A DNA stretch of 63,845 nt, filler included, from Octopus bimaculoides (lineage: Eukaryota): the NCBI RefSeq assembly GCF_001194135.2. It is 4 parts of 4 records of this genome, joined end to end, with 100 filler letters (N's around TTAATTAATTAA, not from the genome) between each part and the next. Parts side by side here need not be neighbours in the genome. Positions count along the whole stretch, not along the records: positions 1 to 27,701 come from NC_068981.1; positions 27,802 to 57,433 come from NC_069005.1; 2 more parts are not named here. One strand, 5' to 3'. The stretch's first letter is position 1. Each line of letters opens with the position of its first letter. This document shows, piece after piece, positions 23,986 to 37,128 of the stretch. The translations under genes were made by a program, and so were the position numbers. The notes beneath the pieces are model-generated. The model made no database searches. It worked only from the letters and a program-made list of their open reading frames with translations, and had not been told where the DNA came from.

Positions 23986-24965
23986 GTATCACTATATTTT
24001 AATACATTTCTGATAATCATTCTTTAACACAACAAAGGCTACAGAAAGCCTTACATTTTACTTTTGAAAATCTCTTTTTAAAAAATTGAAACCGGTCAAG
24101 TCAATAAACATATTTAAAAGACCTCTGCATTTTCAAATCTTCTTTCCTCCCCCCACACACACACATACACACACACACACGCACACATTCACATATGCAT
24201 ACACTCATACCTGTTTGCCAGATTTTTAATTTAACAAATATGTTGTGCTTGTTGTCCATCAGGTTTAGTGGCAGTTTGTTTTTGTTGCTGTTTAACTTTA
24301 TATTAAACCTGATGACATATAGACTTATGATTTAAGGTATTCCAGTCATGATCATCCCATTTTATTTTCAGATGTAATATACCATCTTTGACTACGGTAT
24401 CTAATGTATCCCTTTTTAAGGTGGTAGTGTGTGTTTTCTGGATGTTGTTTTTAGTGGCTCAAGCGAACATTCAGAGGCTCTTACTTAAGCGCTGTATTTA
24501 TTTAGCTTATGGTAGAATTCAACGTGTACAAAAGCACTGTGTGAAACCCACCTGTAATGTATTAAATAGTTTGAGAAATATCTCATTTCTTAGATATAGA
24601 TGGCAGTGAAGAGTAAATGCATCCTAAGCAACTATATATTTAAGTATATATAGATAACAAGGGGAAATTACATTATAACTAAAAGGTGCTTCATCTGTTT
24701 CCAGCGATGGTTTAAAATCTCCAATGAACCAACGGAGAAAAAGTGGATATTTCTTGTAGTATTATTATTATTTAACACATGCCCCGCCGCCTTTAAACAT
24801 ACACAATCTGTTCTTTGAGGATTCTTGCGTGATTTGTGAACAACCAATCAAAGTGAATATTAAAAGGAAGGCCTACAGTTTCGTTTTTTTTGTGAGCAAG
24901 GTAGTGTCACAGAGCGAGATATATTCGTACTTGCTTGCATAATAAAAAATTATTTATTCCTTTCC

Positions 24966-25105
24966 GGCGTGAGTGTGTGATAAGAAGCTTGCTTCTCAAC
25001 TACATGGTTCCGTGATACTTTTGGCAAGTGTCTTCTACTATAGCCTCGAGCCGACCAAAACCTTGTGAGAGCATTAACAGTGTTTGTTCCAGTGCTGTAG
25101 TGTGC
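24966..25105 (+). mobile_element. SINE family B, 5' half
   Basis: TAAGAAGCTTGCTTCTCAACTACATGGTTCC..TTGGCAAGTGTCTTCTACTATAGCCTCGAGCCGACC. Confidence 0.8.
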
Positions 25106-25199
25106 AAGTAATTTATTAATCAAACTATCTGGTAAGAATGCGTTGTTAACGCAACTCGGTCTAACTGGTTTGTTTAAAACCTTTGCGTATCTCGGAGAT

Positions 25200-25515
25200 C
25201 AGGTAGTTTATCCAGGTTGACCCACTACTTCTCCGCATCGAGAGGTCATAACCCGATATTGTGGAAATGTAATTAGAATGTGGCAGGAAAAATCGCAAGA
25301 CGGATTCTTCAAACCAAGCCAAGAGGCAGGAGACTATGGGAGAAGACCAAGAATAAGATAATTGCAATAACATCCATAGTTTCAGTTGGTCACGCTTGGA
25401 AATCCAACCGGAAAGTTGCTTCTGCTATGACCCTATGGAGGAAGTTTCTGAGGATTCTACTCCTGCGGACCTCCTTGGAAAGTGGACAGAGAAAATGGAT
25501 GGATGAATGGAATGC
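25200..25515 (+). mobile_element. RTE-clade LINE 3' end remnant
   Basis: RILQTKPRGRR..(G)RPRIR-like C-terminal motif and an AAAATGGATGGATGAATGG tail. Confidence 0.5.
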
Positions 25516-26017
25516 AATTGCAAAGTTATCTCCCTGAAATATAAATGCTTACAATAGATAGTAGTTATATAAACTTTACAAATTTGAAGCAGTCGTCAGT
25601 TCTGACAACACCGAACACTTTATAAGGAAACGTTTTATGCATTGCTTTAAAATTCGTTTATCCTCTCCAAAATAGCGAATTGTAATCTCATAAGAAACAA
25701 AACTTCTAAATACCTTACGTTATCAAAAGACAAACAAAAACTAACGAGAGAGAACAGTAGGAGGAAAAAGGAGTTGGAGTGATAAACGACAGAGAAACGC
25801 AGATGATAGTTGTTAGCATCCAATAACTGTTAGTGCAGACGACATATATTGTTAGTACATTGTATTTTATGTTTTTTTAATACTTGTTTCACTCATTAGA
25901 CTATAACCATGCTGAGGCATAGCTTTTATGGTTTTAGTTGAAGAAAGTGACCTAAACTACTTATTCTTATTTGCTTAAATATGAGTATAAGGGCTATGGC
26001 AACACCAGTACTGAAAC

Positions 26018-26060
<43 letters not shown>

Positions 26061-26123
26061 NNNNNNNNNNNNNNNNNNNNNNNNNNNNNNNNNNNNNNNN
26101 NNNNNNNNNNNNNNNNNNNNNNN

Positions 26124-26162
<39 letters not shown>

Positions 26163-26289
26163 AAAGGGTTATCTGTGCATCTCGAGCAGTAGTAATTAGT
26201 GTAAGGCAATGGACAAGATGTTGTAGTTAGAGCTCAAAGAAGACAAACCCAGTTTAAGCATGGTTCAAACTAAATGAAGAAGATGACGA

Positions 26290-27645
26290 TGCGAGACAAC
26301 TTCATTGTACTGAAATACTCTACTACTATGTTTTTAACAACAGGGCATGTGAATGGAAAAAAAAAGTGCACAACTTTTTCTACCAGGGATACTGAAATGT
26401 TACATCTTCATCTGTTTCCACTACATGATCCAGCTATCAGAAGTTTTAAAAATTTGCAAACTGTAAATGATAAAGTATTTGAAGCATTTCAAGAAACAGC
26501 AGATAAACACAATTCACTTCCTAATGATAAGAGTGGATGAGATGCCTAGAAGAAACTGCAGGTGTTGATATGCCATCTCAGTTGAGGAAATCTATGCAGC
26601 TATGTGTGAATTTAACATGCCAAATGATCTGTAAAACCTTATCAACAAGCATGAAAATACAGTCATTGAAAACTTTCAGCGAATATACTGCAGAGAGATT
26701 TCTATTAAAATATCTCCTGTAAGGAGTTAGATATGACATTGTTACATTTGCCAGTTCCAGTTAGTAATTATGCTCATCCAATATGTTGGGAGAATAATCC
26801 TGGACTGAAGAAATTAAATATTCTTAATTCCCGGTAGAATAATTATTGAGTAAAGCGTCTATGTCATCGATAATGACGAAACAACAGTTTTTCTTTTTAA
26901 ACGAATCTGGTGAAATTCATATTCAAGCAGGGCCACGGTTCTTCTATTTGCTCCAACTAGAATAACCGCTGATTCTCTTAAGGAAGACTAGTTTGTGCAA
27001 AGTGGTTTTAAATTTGTAGTAGGAACATCAATGTCATCGATGAGAATATTATGTGATGGACCATAGCATATTTATGATGTATTTCGATATCGGAGAACAA
27101 GTATTTAATTATTGAATATTGAGAATTAGTTATAGGGTTTTAATTAACAATGCTGGGCTTCAAGATGACAATTCCTATACCATCAGGAATTATTGCCATT
27201 AAAGATAATATAGACCTAATTTACAGAAATTCAGTCAACAGTTGTAATGATGAGCGAATTGCTGAGTTATTCATAAAGAATATACATCCTATAAAACAGG
27301 GGGACACCGACACTCAACAATGACATTCTGCCGCTCATACAGGGTGTAACAAAAGAATATAAAAGTAATGATTCTGTTTCGATTGATGATGATGTTTAGG
27401 CGGCTCAAGATATTCTGGTGGGAATTTTAAACGAAGCCCATCTGGAATGTTTGCTCATATTTTGAAAGTGAAAGCGATGTCAACACGTAAAGTGAATTCA
27501 CGAAACGGCTTACTAAATGGTACTGGGGTGCTCTTTAAAGAAATTCTCACTCGCTTTATTCATGCTGAAATATTAACAGGCAGCATTGTAGGCTATGATG
27601 ATCGGGTTACTTTAAAGCTTGGTCTGCTGCCACCTAAAAATCGAC
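26290..27645 (+). mobile_element. Helitron Rep/helicase (PIF1-type) remnant, heavily decayed
   Basis: STRDTEMLHLHL..SFKNLQTVNDKVFEAFQE; (W)MRCLEE..MPSQLR; LIQGVTKEYKSNDSV; PSGMFAHILKVK; RNGLLNGTGV..IHAEILTG. These follow the Helitron RepHel motif order. Confidence 0.85.
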
Positions 27646-27701
<56 letters not shown>

Positions 27702-27801
27702 NNNNNNNNNNNNNNNNNNNNNNNNNNNNNNNNNNNNNNNNNNNNTTAATTAATTAANNNNNNNNNNNNNNNNNNNNNNNNNNNNNNNNNNNNNNNNNNN
27801 N
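27702..27801. other. Artificial scaffold-join spacer (44 N + TTAATTAATTAA + 44 N)
   Basis: The same 100-bp layout occurs at 57434-57533 and 62596-62695. Confidence 0.95.
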
Positions 27802-28811
27802 ATATATATACACATATGTGCATATATATTTATGTATATACATATATGTATGTTTATATATATATATATATGTACAGGTATACATATATATATGCGTGTG
27901 TTGCTTCTGATTATATTCACGCTTTCGTTTGCGTGTTTCGACTGTTAAGATGCTATTAACTGTATATATTTACACTGACCTCCATCGACCTCGAAACTGA
28001 CCGAATAAGCACAAAGATGGAAGAAATTACCAATGATGAAAGAATCGGGCTGGAAACGAACTCACATTCCGATAATTCCAGCTGAATGCACTCCGTCGTA
28101 AACCATTGGACCGTAATTCTTTTTAGATTGTTTGAATATATGCAGAACTAATGTAGCATTTCGATGAACCGTAGACAATTGTTCCCCAACCACGTATAGG
28201 TTAATTATAAATACACATAAAGACACTCAAACACAAACCTGCACATATACGTATACTTATACACACACATATGCACATACATATACACACACATATGTCT
28301 CCCTTGTACCTTTCTCTTCTCTCTCTTTAATCCTTTGTTCTCTCTCTAATACCCCCCTCTTTCCCTCTCTCAACGCTTCCTCTTACCTGCCACGTGACCG
28401 GTGTCCGGCGAAGGCAGTGTTGTTCTTTTTCGCCCTACCTTTCACCAGATTGATCATGCTGGTCTGGGCTCCTGTTACGACCTCTAGGACTTACTATGTT
28501 TGCGCAACCCCACTAAGTTCGTTCGATAGCTGCAAAGCTCTTTCTGTTGTATTTGTGGTGTATGTATAATAATTATTTTTTTCTTCTGTTTTATGTAGTC
28601 GTAACATGTAAAACATTGTAATTTCTATTAGCAAATGAAACACGTGTAATGGAGAATAAATAATGTCAAAAATTTCCAGTCTCCTGTTATATATATATAT
28701 ATATATTTAATGATGATGATGACGATGATGACGACGATGATGATAAACAATTAAATAAGAATATAAAAGAAAACAAAACAAAACAAGATGGTTACGTAAG
28801 AAGATAAATAC

Positions 28812-29024
28812 CTGCAGAGTCTTGACAATTCGACCCAGCGCAGTTTCGCGGTTTGGATCATCTTGACCTGTCTTTTGGTCAATCCGGATAATCTCAGAAC
28901 TGGCATCTTCGTCCGTTCGGACCGACGGCTGAGAACTTAATCCACCATTTTCAATAACTTCCAATTCGTCGTCAGATGGCGCTTTCCCTGTCAATCTCTC
29001 ATCTGATTTGCTAGTTGACGCCAT
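28812..29024 (-). CDS. First coding exon (71 aa) of a host gene; hydrophilic N-terminal tail, possibly of a membrane transporter (weakly reminiscent of SLC28 nucleoside-transporter N-termini)
   Basis: MASTSKSDERLTGKAPSDDELEVIENGGLSSQPSVRTDEDASSEIIRIDQKTGQDDPNRETALGRIVKTLQ. Acceptor TCTTCTTTTCTCTGCCAG precedes 29046 (22-nt UTR), donor CAG|GTATTT is at 28812/28811 (phase 0), and the sequence is non-repetitive. Confidence 0.7.
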
Positions 29025-29208
29025 TTATATTCAGTAAAGCGTATTCCTGGCAGAGAAAAGAAGACAGTTAAACGAATTGTTTGCAGGATTTAAAGATGAA
29101 AAGAACGATTGAGATATGCTGTAAGCAAGTCAAATGAAAGGTGTTAAAGCCCACCACAAACTCTGTGTGTGTATGTGCATGTGTGTGTTATTGTATGTAT
29201 GTATTCAC

Positions 29209-29265
<57 letters not shown>

Positions 29266-29626
29266 NNNNNNNNNNNNNNNNNNNNNNNNNNNNNNNNNNN
29301 NNNNNNNNNNNNNNNNNNNNNNNNNNNNNNNNNNNNNNNNNNNNNNNNNNNNNNNNNNNNNNNNNNNNNNNNNNNNNNNNNNNNNNNNNNNNNNNNNNNN
29401 NNNNNNNNNNNNNATATGTATGTATGTATATATATCGACATTAGAGAATTGATGTTCCGAAGCACCATATTACAGATATATTGAAAAATTAATTATAGAA
29501 AGACGTTCGGTACAATTTGTTTTCTATTAATTGAAGGATGCGTGCACTAAACGGCTTTCTATTATCAAATTTTCAGTGTGTATATATGTGTGCGCATGCG
29601 TGTGTACCCTGTAGCGCGCGCGTGTT

Positions 29627-29673
<47 letters not shown>

Positions 29674-29843
29674 ATGCATATACTAATAGCATAACGTATA
29701 CCTATAGCGTATATTATTCGTAATTTTGGTACATACTTCTGTCTACACTCAACACTAAATTTATCTATAAATATGTTTATGTGCGCAACTGCTCGCATGT
29801 GTATGCTGTCGTGTATGTGTGGGCGTATGTGTGGTATGTAAAT

Positions 29844-29874
<31 letters not shown>

Positions 29875-30193
29875 GTATTTGTGTGTGTTTGTGTTTGAGT
29901 GTGTGTGCGTCTTTGCGTATCTTTGCTTGTGAAGTAGAGAATATTAGAGAGACAGATACTTTGAGAGAACCAAATAGAAGAAAGGAGAGGGCGTTTTAAA
30001 GTAGGTAGTGTTAAGATTCTAGTTGGTTGAGTCCTTGTAGGGAATCGTTGTCTGGTCAGTCCTCTTATTTGACTTACTCCCCAAACCTTCAAATGGTTCG
30101 GCCTAAGTTTCAGCTGGGGACGAGCTATATCTCGTTGGGATTGAGTAGTGTGTTTGGTAGCGTGCTAATCAAGCTTAATGGACTACAATATTC

Positions 30194-30800
30194 TTTTCTA
30201 CTCTAGGCACAAGGCTTGAAGTTTTGAGGGAGGGGGCCAATCGACTAGATCGATCCCAGTATGTAACTGGTACTTGATTTATCGACCCCGAAAGGATGAA
30301 AGGCAAAGTCGACCTCGGCGGAACTCAGAACGCAAAGACAGATGAAATACCTATTTCGTTATTGCCCACAAGGGGCTAAACATAGAGGGAACAAACAAGA
30401 ACAGACGAACGGATTAAGTCGATTACGTCGACCCCAGTGCGTAACTGGTACTTAATTTATCGACCCCGAAAAGATGAAAGGCAAAGTCGACCTCGGCGGA
30501 ATTTGAACTCAGAACGTAACGGCAGACGAAATACCGCTAAGCATTTCTCCCGGCTTGCTAACGTTTCTTATTTCTTTACTGCCCACAAGGGGCTACACAC
30601 AGAGGAAACAAACAAAGACAAACAAACGGATTAAGTCGCTTACATCGACCCAATGCGTAACTGGTACTTAATTTATCGACCCCGAAACGATGAAAGGTAA
30701 AGTCGACCTCGGCGGAATTTGAACTCAGAACGTAGCGGTATACGAAATACCGCTAAGGATTTCACCCGGCGTGCTAACGTTTCTGTCAGCTCGCCGCCTT
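30194..30800 (-). mobile_element. Trimeric family-A SINE array
   Basis: Three GTCGACCTCGGCGG cores, with junctions GAAATACC|TATTTC (30351) and AACGTTTC|TTATTTC (30567). Confidence 0.9.
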
Positions 30801-30898
30801 AAAGGAGTACAATATTGTTTTCTTGTTATGTGTTGCTTACTTATACACAAACTTACATACATGGCTACGTGTATGTCAGTTGAAGCGGAGGCAGGTTA

Positions 30899-31030
30899 GA
30901 AGGCGCGAGGCCTAATGGTTTCCAAGAAGAGTTCACGACCATAAAATCGTAGGTTTGATTCCTGGTACGAGTGGAGCGGTGTGTCGAGCAAGGTGATTTG
31001 TTTCATGCTCCAGTGTACTTAACTGAAAGT
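30899..31030 (+). mobile_element. SINE family C, decayed 5' part
   Basis: GGCGCGAGGCCTAATGG..GGTTTGATTCC..GAGCAAGG..TGCTCCAGT. Confidence 0.6.
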
Positions 31031-32357
31031 CTTGGATTCATATACCTCCTGAATGAGGTTTACTCGGTGTTTAACTGGGTGCTCTATCAAATGGTATTTC
31101 AATGAATAATTCTATGTTGTTCTAGGATATATCACTCTAATGGAGAAGATAATAAAGGTATTTTTATTTTAATCTTATTTCATCTTATTTAATCTTGTAT
31201 CTTATAACAATTACTTTCTTTGAATTTATTAAGGAACTCTGGAAAATGAGAAGTGGATGATGACTTATATCTTCCCCCACCATCATTTTATTCACGTCCG
31301 CCTCTTTATCGGCTGCTGTGCAGTCTTAACATTTTTTCCTTTTTTTTTTTTGTACTAATACTCTAGCTCAACCTGGTCTAGTTTCAATCTCCGAATTGTA
31401 AAAGCTTGAATGTTGATGCCAATAAAGAAATTATTATACCGTTTTATCCTCACATGTATTTTGTCAGAAAGAAAAAAAACAGAAATCAAACAAACGACTG
31501 AAGCAATTTACACAAACATAACCTAAGTAAAAATCAAAGATACTTTTCCTAAGGGACCATGAAGCGAAAACATCACGTGTTTCCCCAAATTATAAATTAC
31601 ATCAAAAGCAATGAACGACATCTCAGCAGAATCTTCGGTACTTGACTGACGGCTTCATAATCTCCATTTATCTAGCAGTGAGTATTTCACTCTAGTAATA
31701 CGAAGACGAAACTTTTAAGTAGAAAATCTGTAAGAAAGCAGAAGTTTGTATTGATTTCTAATCTCCTAACAAATGCGTTGTGTTTATATTTAGATGAAAT
31801 GCTTGCGAGTCATCGGATTAAGTTACCTACTTTGATTCGAAACCATAGCAGATAACAGGATTACAGTATTCATGGAATCGAGTGAGTCTTAAGAACGACA
31901 TTCTAGTATTAAGTACACTCTAAGAATGGCTTTTATGAGGAAATATTCGTTCCAAAATTTCTATGAACGAATTTCTATCTGACGTATTATGAAAGCCACT
32001 TCTACTCTGTGAGGATTTCGCTTGATTGTTTTTATTTTCTTTTAAATCTATTTTCATGTCTCCTGTAATCTCCTGAAGCATATGGGAGTAGAGCTGTAGG
32101 AAATTATCAAAGAAAACGAGACAACATTCAATAAGTTTTCTTCCAGAATGGTTAGAGTGCAATGGCACAGATTAGGGAATGGTATCGGCTCCTTTATAAT
32201 AATACTAATAATAATGGTGATGGTGGTGGTGATGATAATTATTGTTATTGTCGTTGTACTTGTAGTAATCTGTCACCATCACTGGAAGAGCTTACATTAT
32301 ATTGAAACAATAGATTTCAATATACTAACCAATTACAAGAATATTAAAACCCTCAAA

Positions 32358-32558
32358 AAGGCGTCGAGCTGGCAGAATCGTTAGCACGCTTAGCGGTATT
32401 TCGTTCGTCTTTACGTTCTGAGTTCAAATTCCGCCGAGGTCGACTTTGCCTTTTATCCTTTCGGCGGCTCGATAAAATAAGTACCAGTTACATACTGGTG
32501 TCGTTGTAATCGACTTACTCCTTTCACCGATATTGCTGGCCTTGAGCCTAAATTTGAT
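32358..32558 (+). mobile_element. SINE family A
   Basis: GGCGTCGAGCTGGCAGAATCGTTAGC..GAGTTCAAATTCCGCCGAGGTCGACTTTGCC. Confidence 0.9.
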
Positions 32559-33007
32559 ATCAATATTACAACCCCGAATACGACAATAATCTAAAGTAGT
32601 CTCCATTCCAAGTCTTCAAATCTATTGAGTTCAGCACTTTGAAACAAAAAAAGTATTTGTCAGTTATTTATCAGTAACCGTCTGCCGCTCCTTACTTACA
32701 TGAGAGAACTGTTATTTACACGGTATGTATTTCACCCGGTGGTATTACAACACGACGACTATACTATCTTAACATAGTAGTGTATTTCTACTTTTAAAAG
32801 TGCTACCCATTTATCTAAGACTCAGTATGCTACTGTTTCCTTTTTCTTAAGTAGAATGTACTTAAGAATACTTATGCACAGCTAGGATTATCGGTTTCTT
32901 ACCTGCCTTTGTCTGCGATTAAACACCTTTACCTCTTTCACATTCATCTGTCAGCACTTTTCATGCTGCTTCTCAATGTATGCGTTTATGTGTGTGTGTG
33001 TGTATGT

Positions 33008-33058
<51 letters not shown>

Positions 33059-33059
33059 G

Positions 33060-34306
33060 ATACGTCAGTTCTTTGGGAACATCTCTTTCAAGAGCTCTAA
33101 CATTCTCCTGAAAGCTACCCGATCTTTCTTTGTCGTAGTTCGAAAAAAACTGGAAGCTTCTGACGGGGATTGAACATCAGGAGCTAAACGCAAAGGCGTG
33201 CACAGGGTCCTAATACAGTCAAAGCACATAACTTTGTACAAAAAGTCCAAAGAAATCATCAATGCAAACCCTCAAACGACCTCAACGTTTCAGAATCCAC
33301 TATCAGAAGAATAGTGCATGAGGACACCCAGTTCAAGCCGTATGCGATGGAGAGAAACCTTCGGTCCGCGCAAAACAGTTTATAGCAGAGACTCCAGCAA
33401 ATAAGATATGAAGAAGGAATTCTAATTCCGAAACATCATCGGACTATAGATAACCAAGTTACAACAGGTATATAGTCCATTTTTTGTTCTATAGTGCATT
33501 GTTATACCTTTCTAAACTTTTTGTTCTTTACAAACAATACACAATGCTTCAAGCGAACTACAATACTCTCTTATTAAATAAGTTAAAACGCCAAGAGACG
33601 AGAATTCTTTGGTTTTTCTCTGATGAGAAAAACTTCGATCAGGACCAAAAGGTAAGCCGAAGGAACACGAGTTGGTTATGCAAGAACTCGAATGAGGTTC
33701 CAACGGTGAGGCATACAGGCTCCCAAAAACTAGGATTGTTCTGGGAGTCGTCAGAAACGAAGGAGACGTAATGCCTCCTCACTTTTTTTCACAAGGCTTA
33801 TCAGTCAATGCCGCTGTCTACACAGAGGTATTGGAGAAAGATATGAAGTTCTAGATAGACAGAGCACGCAACAAAAACTGTAGGGCTTCTAATAAGACTG
33901 CGCCGTGTCATGAGGCTAGGACAACCCAAGCATGGATGCAGGCCAATCTCCATGTTCATGTTCTCCCAAACACATTGCTTCCTACTTCGCCAGATTTCAA
34001 TCCAATACAATATTATTATGTATGGAGCTTAGTCGAGACAGAAGCCAGTCAACACGTCCATAACACAAGTCCGCCATAACTAGCACTATGTAAAAAATTG
34101 ACAGAGGTCATCTGATTCGGGCACATCAATGCTTCTGAGTCCAAACTGAAACAGCCGTTGATGAAAACAGTGGCTCTGTTGAATAGAGGTGATAAAAGGA
34201 TTCTCAAGATTATTTGCACTTCTGTGTCTTCAGACACAGCTTTTCTTTGATGAGATATACGTCTTTTTCTAAATTCATACAACTGACCTCCAAAACCTAA
34301 CACACT
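33060..34306 (+). mobile_element. Tc1/mariner transposase remnant, DD37D (maT)-like, with insertion at about 33385-33568
   Basis: LLNKLKRQ..WFFSDEKNFDQDQKV; EGDVMPPHFFSQGLSVNAAVYTEVL; AP(C)HEARTTQAWM; SPDFNP..YYVW. Many frameshifts and stops. Confidence 0.85.
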
Positions 34307-34827
34307 CTGCACACACATACTCTCTCACACACACACACACTCTCCAACACACACACACTCACACACACACACACACTCTCTCTCACACACACACACACCC
34401 ACACTTCATGCACACGCACATTAATGAGCAGACATGTGTATATGTGTGCGAGCGTGTGTATAGAGCCAGTTATTGCATCCTTTTATAATATCCATTCTCT
34501 ATTGAGATTAATCCAAGGAGCTTAATCTGGTTTTCAAAATAGCGAAGTTATTTACACAATCTCTCTGGCAGTCTCCATTGATAAATTTTCCTCTCAAGCA
34601 TTCTCTATAGCCATAGCGTGGTGAATTGTTAGCACGATCTTAAATATTGCACTCTTACCTCTTATATTAGGCACACGTGTACACAAAACACATTCTGATA
34701 TCATGAGTACTGTATAAACACCACATATAATTCATTATATATGTGTGTGTATGCATGTAATCATGTGTGTATGATTGCATATATATATATTTGTGTGTGT
34801 GTATCTCTACCTATCAATCTATCTATC

Positions 34828-34873
<46 letters not shown>

Positions 34874-34910
34874 CACATACCTACCTACCTACCTACCTAC
34901 CTACCTACCT

Positions 34911-34967
<57 letters not shown>

Positions 34968-35036
34968 CATATATACATTTATATATACATATATATACAT
35001 ATATATAGACATACATTTATATGTTGATACACACAC

Positions 35037-35090
<54 letters not shown>

Positions 35091-35224
35091 NNNNNNNNNN
35101 NNNNNNNNNNNNNNNNNNNNNNNNNNNNNNNNNNNNNNNNNNNNNNNNNNNNNNNNNNNNNNNNNNNNNNNNNNNNNNNNNNNNNNNNNNNNNNNNNNNN
35201 NNNNNNNNNNNNNNNNNNNNNNNN

Positions 35225-35262
<38 letters not shown>

Positions 35263-35912
35263 TATATGCATATACAAAATTTGAGAGAAAGAAAATGGAA
35301 TTCACGAGACTCTTTATCCACTACGATCGTTTTGGCCCATCAAACACCAGTAGTTGAAGCATATGTCTTGGTCTGGATAAGAATTATTGAAAACGGATGG
35401 ACACATACGACTGGCAGTAACAGGGAAGGAAGAAATGAGTCGCATATAGAAGAGAAGCCGAAGAGAAAGTTGTATGCAAACTATGCATGTGAGCATGTGT
35501 ATGTATGCGTGTGTGTGTCTGTGTAATATTAAGGCGTATGCTTGCGTGTTTTAGGCGTGGTTTAAGATGTTAAGATTATATGTATGAATTTAGTGCGTGG
35601 GTCGGTGTACTGTTAAGGTGTGTGTATGTATATCTTGCAAAATAAGTATGTGCATCATCAACCTACTGTATGTGAACGTGCCCGTATTGTGCATGTGATG
35701 CATGTGAGCACGTGCGTATGTGTGTCTGTGTGTGTGTGTGTATTTTAGGTTTAGTATAAATCAATTTGGAGGGTTAGTATATATTGAAATAGCGATGCGG
35801 AAAACGTGCGTGCAAGTGGGTACATTCATAAGACTATGTGTGCGTGTGTGTACCTGTATGAGTATATTTGAGCCTATGTGTACTTGTGTGCGGCAGTTGT
35901 ACCTAGAGAGCA

Positions 35913-35959
<47 letters not shown>

Positions 35960-37097
35960 TGTGTTGGTATGATGCATAATGTGTGTATATGTAAGTTATT
36001 ACTCTGTACATGTGTTTGTGTGTGTGTTTGTGTGTGTGTATTTTATATTTTGTTATTGTGGTAATTGCTATGCTGCGGGATTTGAAGCATACACACTAGC
36101 ACACACGCACACACAAAAGCACATACATACACATGCTTCAAAACGTACACATGCACACACATATATATATATATATATATACTTCACACNNNNNNNNNNN
36201 NNNNNNNNNNNNNNNNNNNNNNNNNNNNNNNNNNNNNNNNNNNNNNNNNNNNNNNNNNNNNNNNNNNNNNNNNNNNNNNNNNNNNNNNNNNNNNNNNNNN
36301 NNNNNNNNNNNNNNNNNNNNNNNNNNNNNNNNNNNNNNNNNNNNNNNNNNNNNNNNNNNNNNNNNNNNNNNNNNNNNNNNNNNNNNNNNNNNNNNNNNNN
36401 NNNNNNNNNNNNNNNNNNNNNNNNNNNNNNNNNNNNNNNNNNNNNNNNNNNNNNNNNNNNNNNNNNNNNNNNNNNNNNNNNNNNNNNNNNNNNNNNNNNN
36501 NNNNNNNNNNNNNNNNNNNNNNNNNNNNNNNNNNNNNNNNNNNNNNNNNNNNNNNNNNNNNNNNNNNNNNNNNNNNNNNNNNNNNNNNNNNNNNNNNNNN
36601 NNNNNNNNNNNNNNNNNNNNNNNNNNNNNNNNNNNNNNNNNNNNNNNNNNNNNNNNNNNNNNNNNNNNNNNNNNNNNNNNNNNNNNNNNNNNNNNNNNNN
36701 NNNNNNNNNNNNNNNNNNNNNNNNNNNNNNNNNNNNNNNNNNNNNNNNNNNNNNNNNNNNNNNNNNNNNNNNNNNNNNNNNNNNNNNNNNNNNNNNNNNN
36801 NNNNNNNNNNNNNNNNNNNNNNNNNNNNNNNNNNNNNNNNNNNNNNNNNNNNNNNNNNNNNNNNNNNNNNNNNNNNNNNNNNNNNNNNNNNNNNNNNNNN
36901 NNNNNNNNNNNNNNNNNNNNNNNNNNNNNNNNNNNNNNNNNNNNNNNNNNNNNNNNNNNNNNNNNNNNNNNNNNNNNNNNNNNNNNNNNNNNNNTATATA
37001 TATATATATATATATGGGTAGTATATATGTTTGTATGTGTAATTATTTATCAGTAGGATTCATTCGAATCAATATTGTTTGTATGTATATATCCAAC

Positions 37098-37128
<31 letters not shown>

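Noticed and set aside
27746-27757. TTAATTAATTAA islands inside N runs (also 57478-57489 and 62640-62651)
   Set aside because: Identical 44N-12-44N layout with stops in all six frames. This is an assembly linker, not biology.
31645-31725. CTGACGG-CTTC...GAAG-ACGAAAC-TTTTAA-GTA as a hammerhead
   Set aside because: The core is altered and there is no helix I.
31827-32093. Possible minus-strand exon (acceptor TTTCCTACAG, donor TAG|GTAACT) with ORF MLQEITGDMKIDLK..
   Set aside because: Contains an internal stop, has no recognisable homology, and such splice-like motifs are common by chance. It could be a UTR exon but needs RNA data.
33619-33640. CTGATGAG motif
   Set aside because: It encodes the transposase SDEK motif and has no GAAA/helix III partner.
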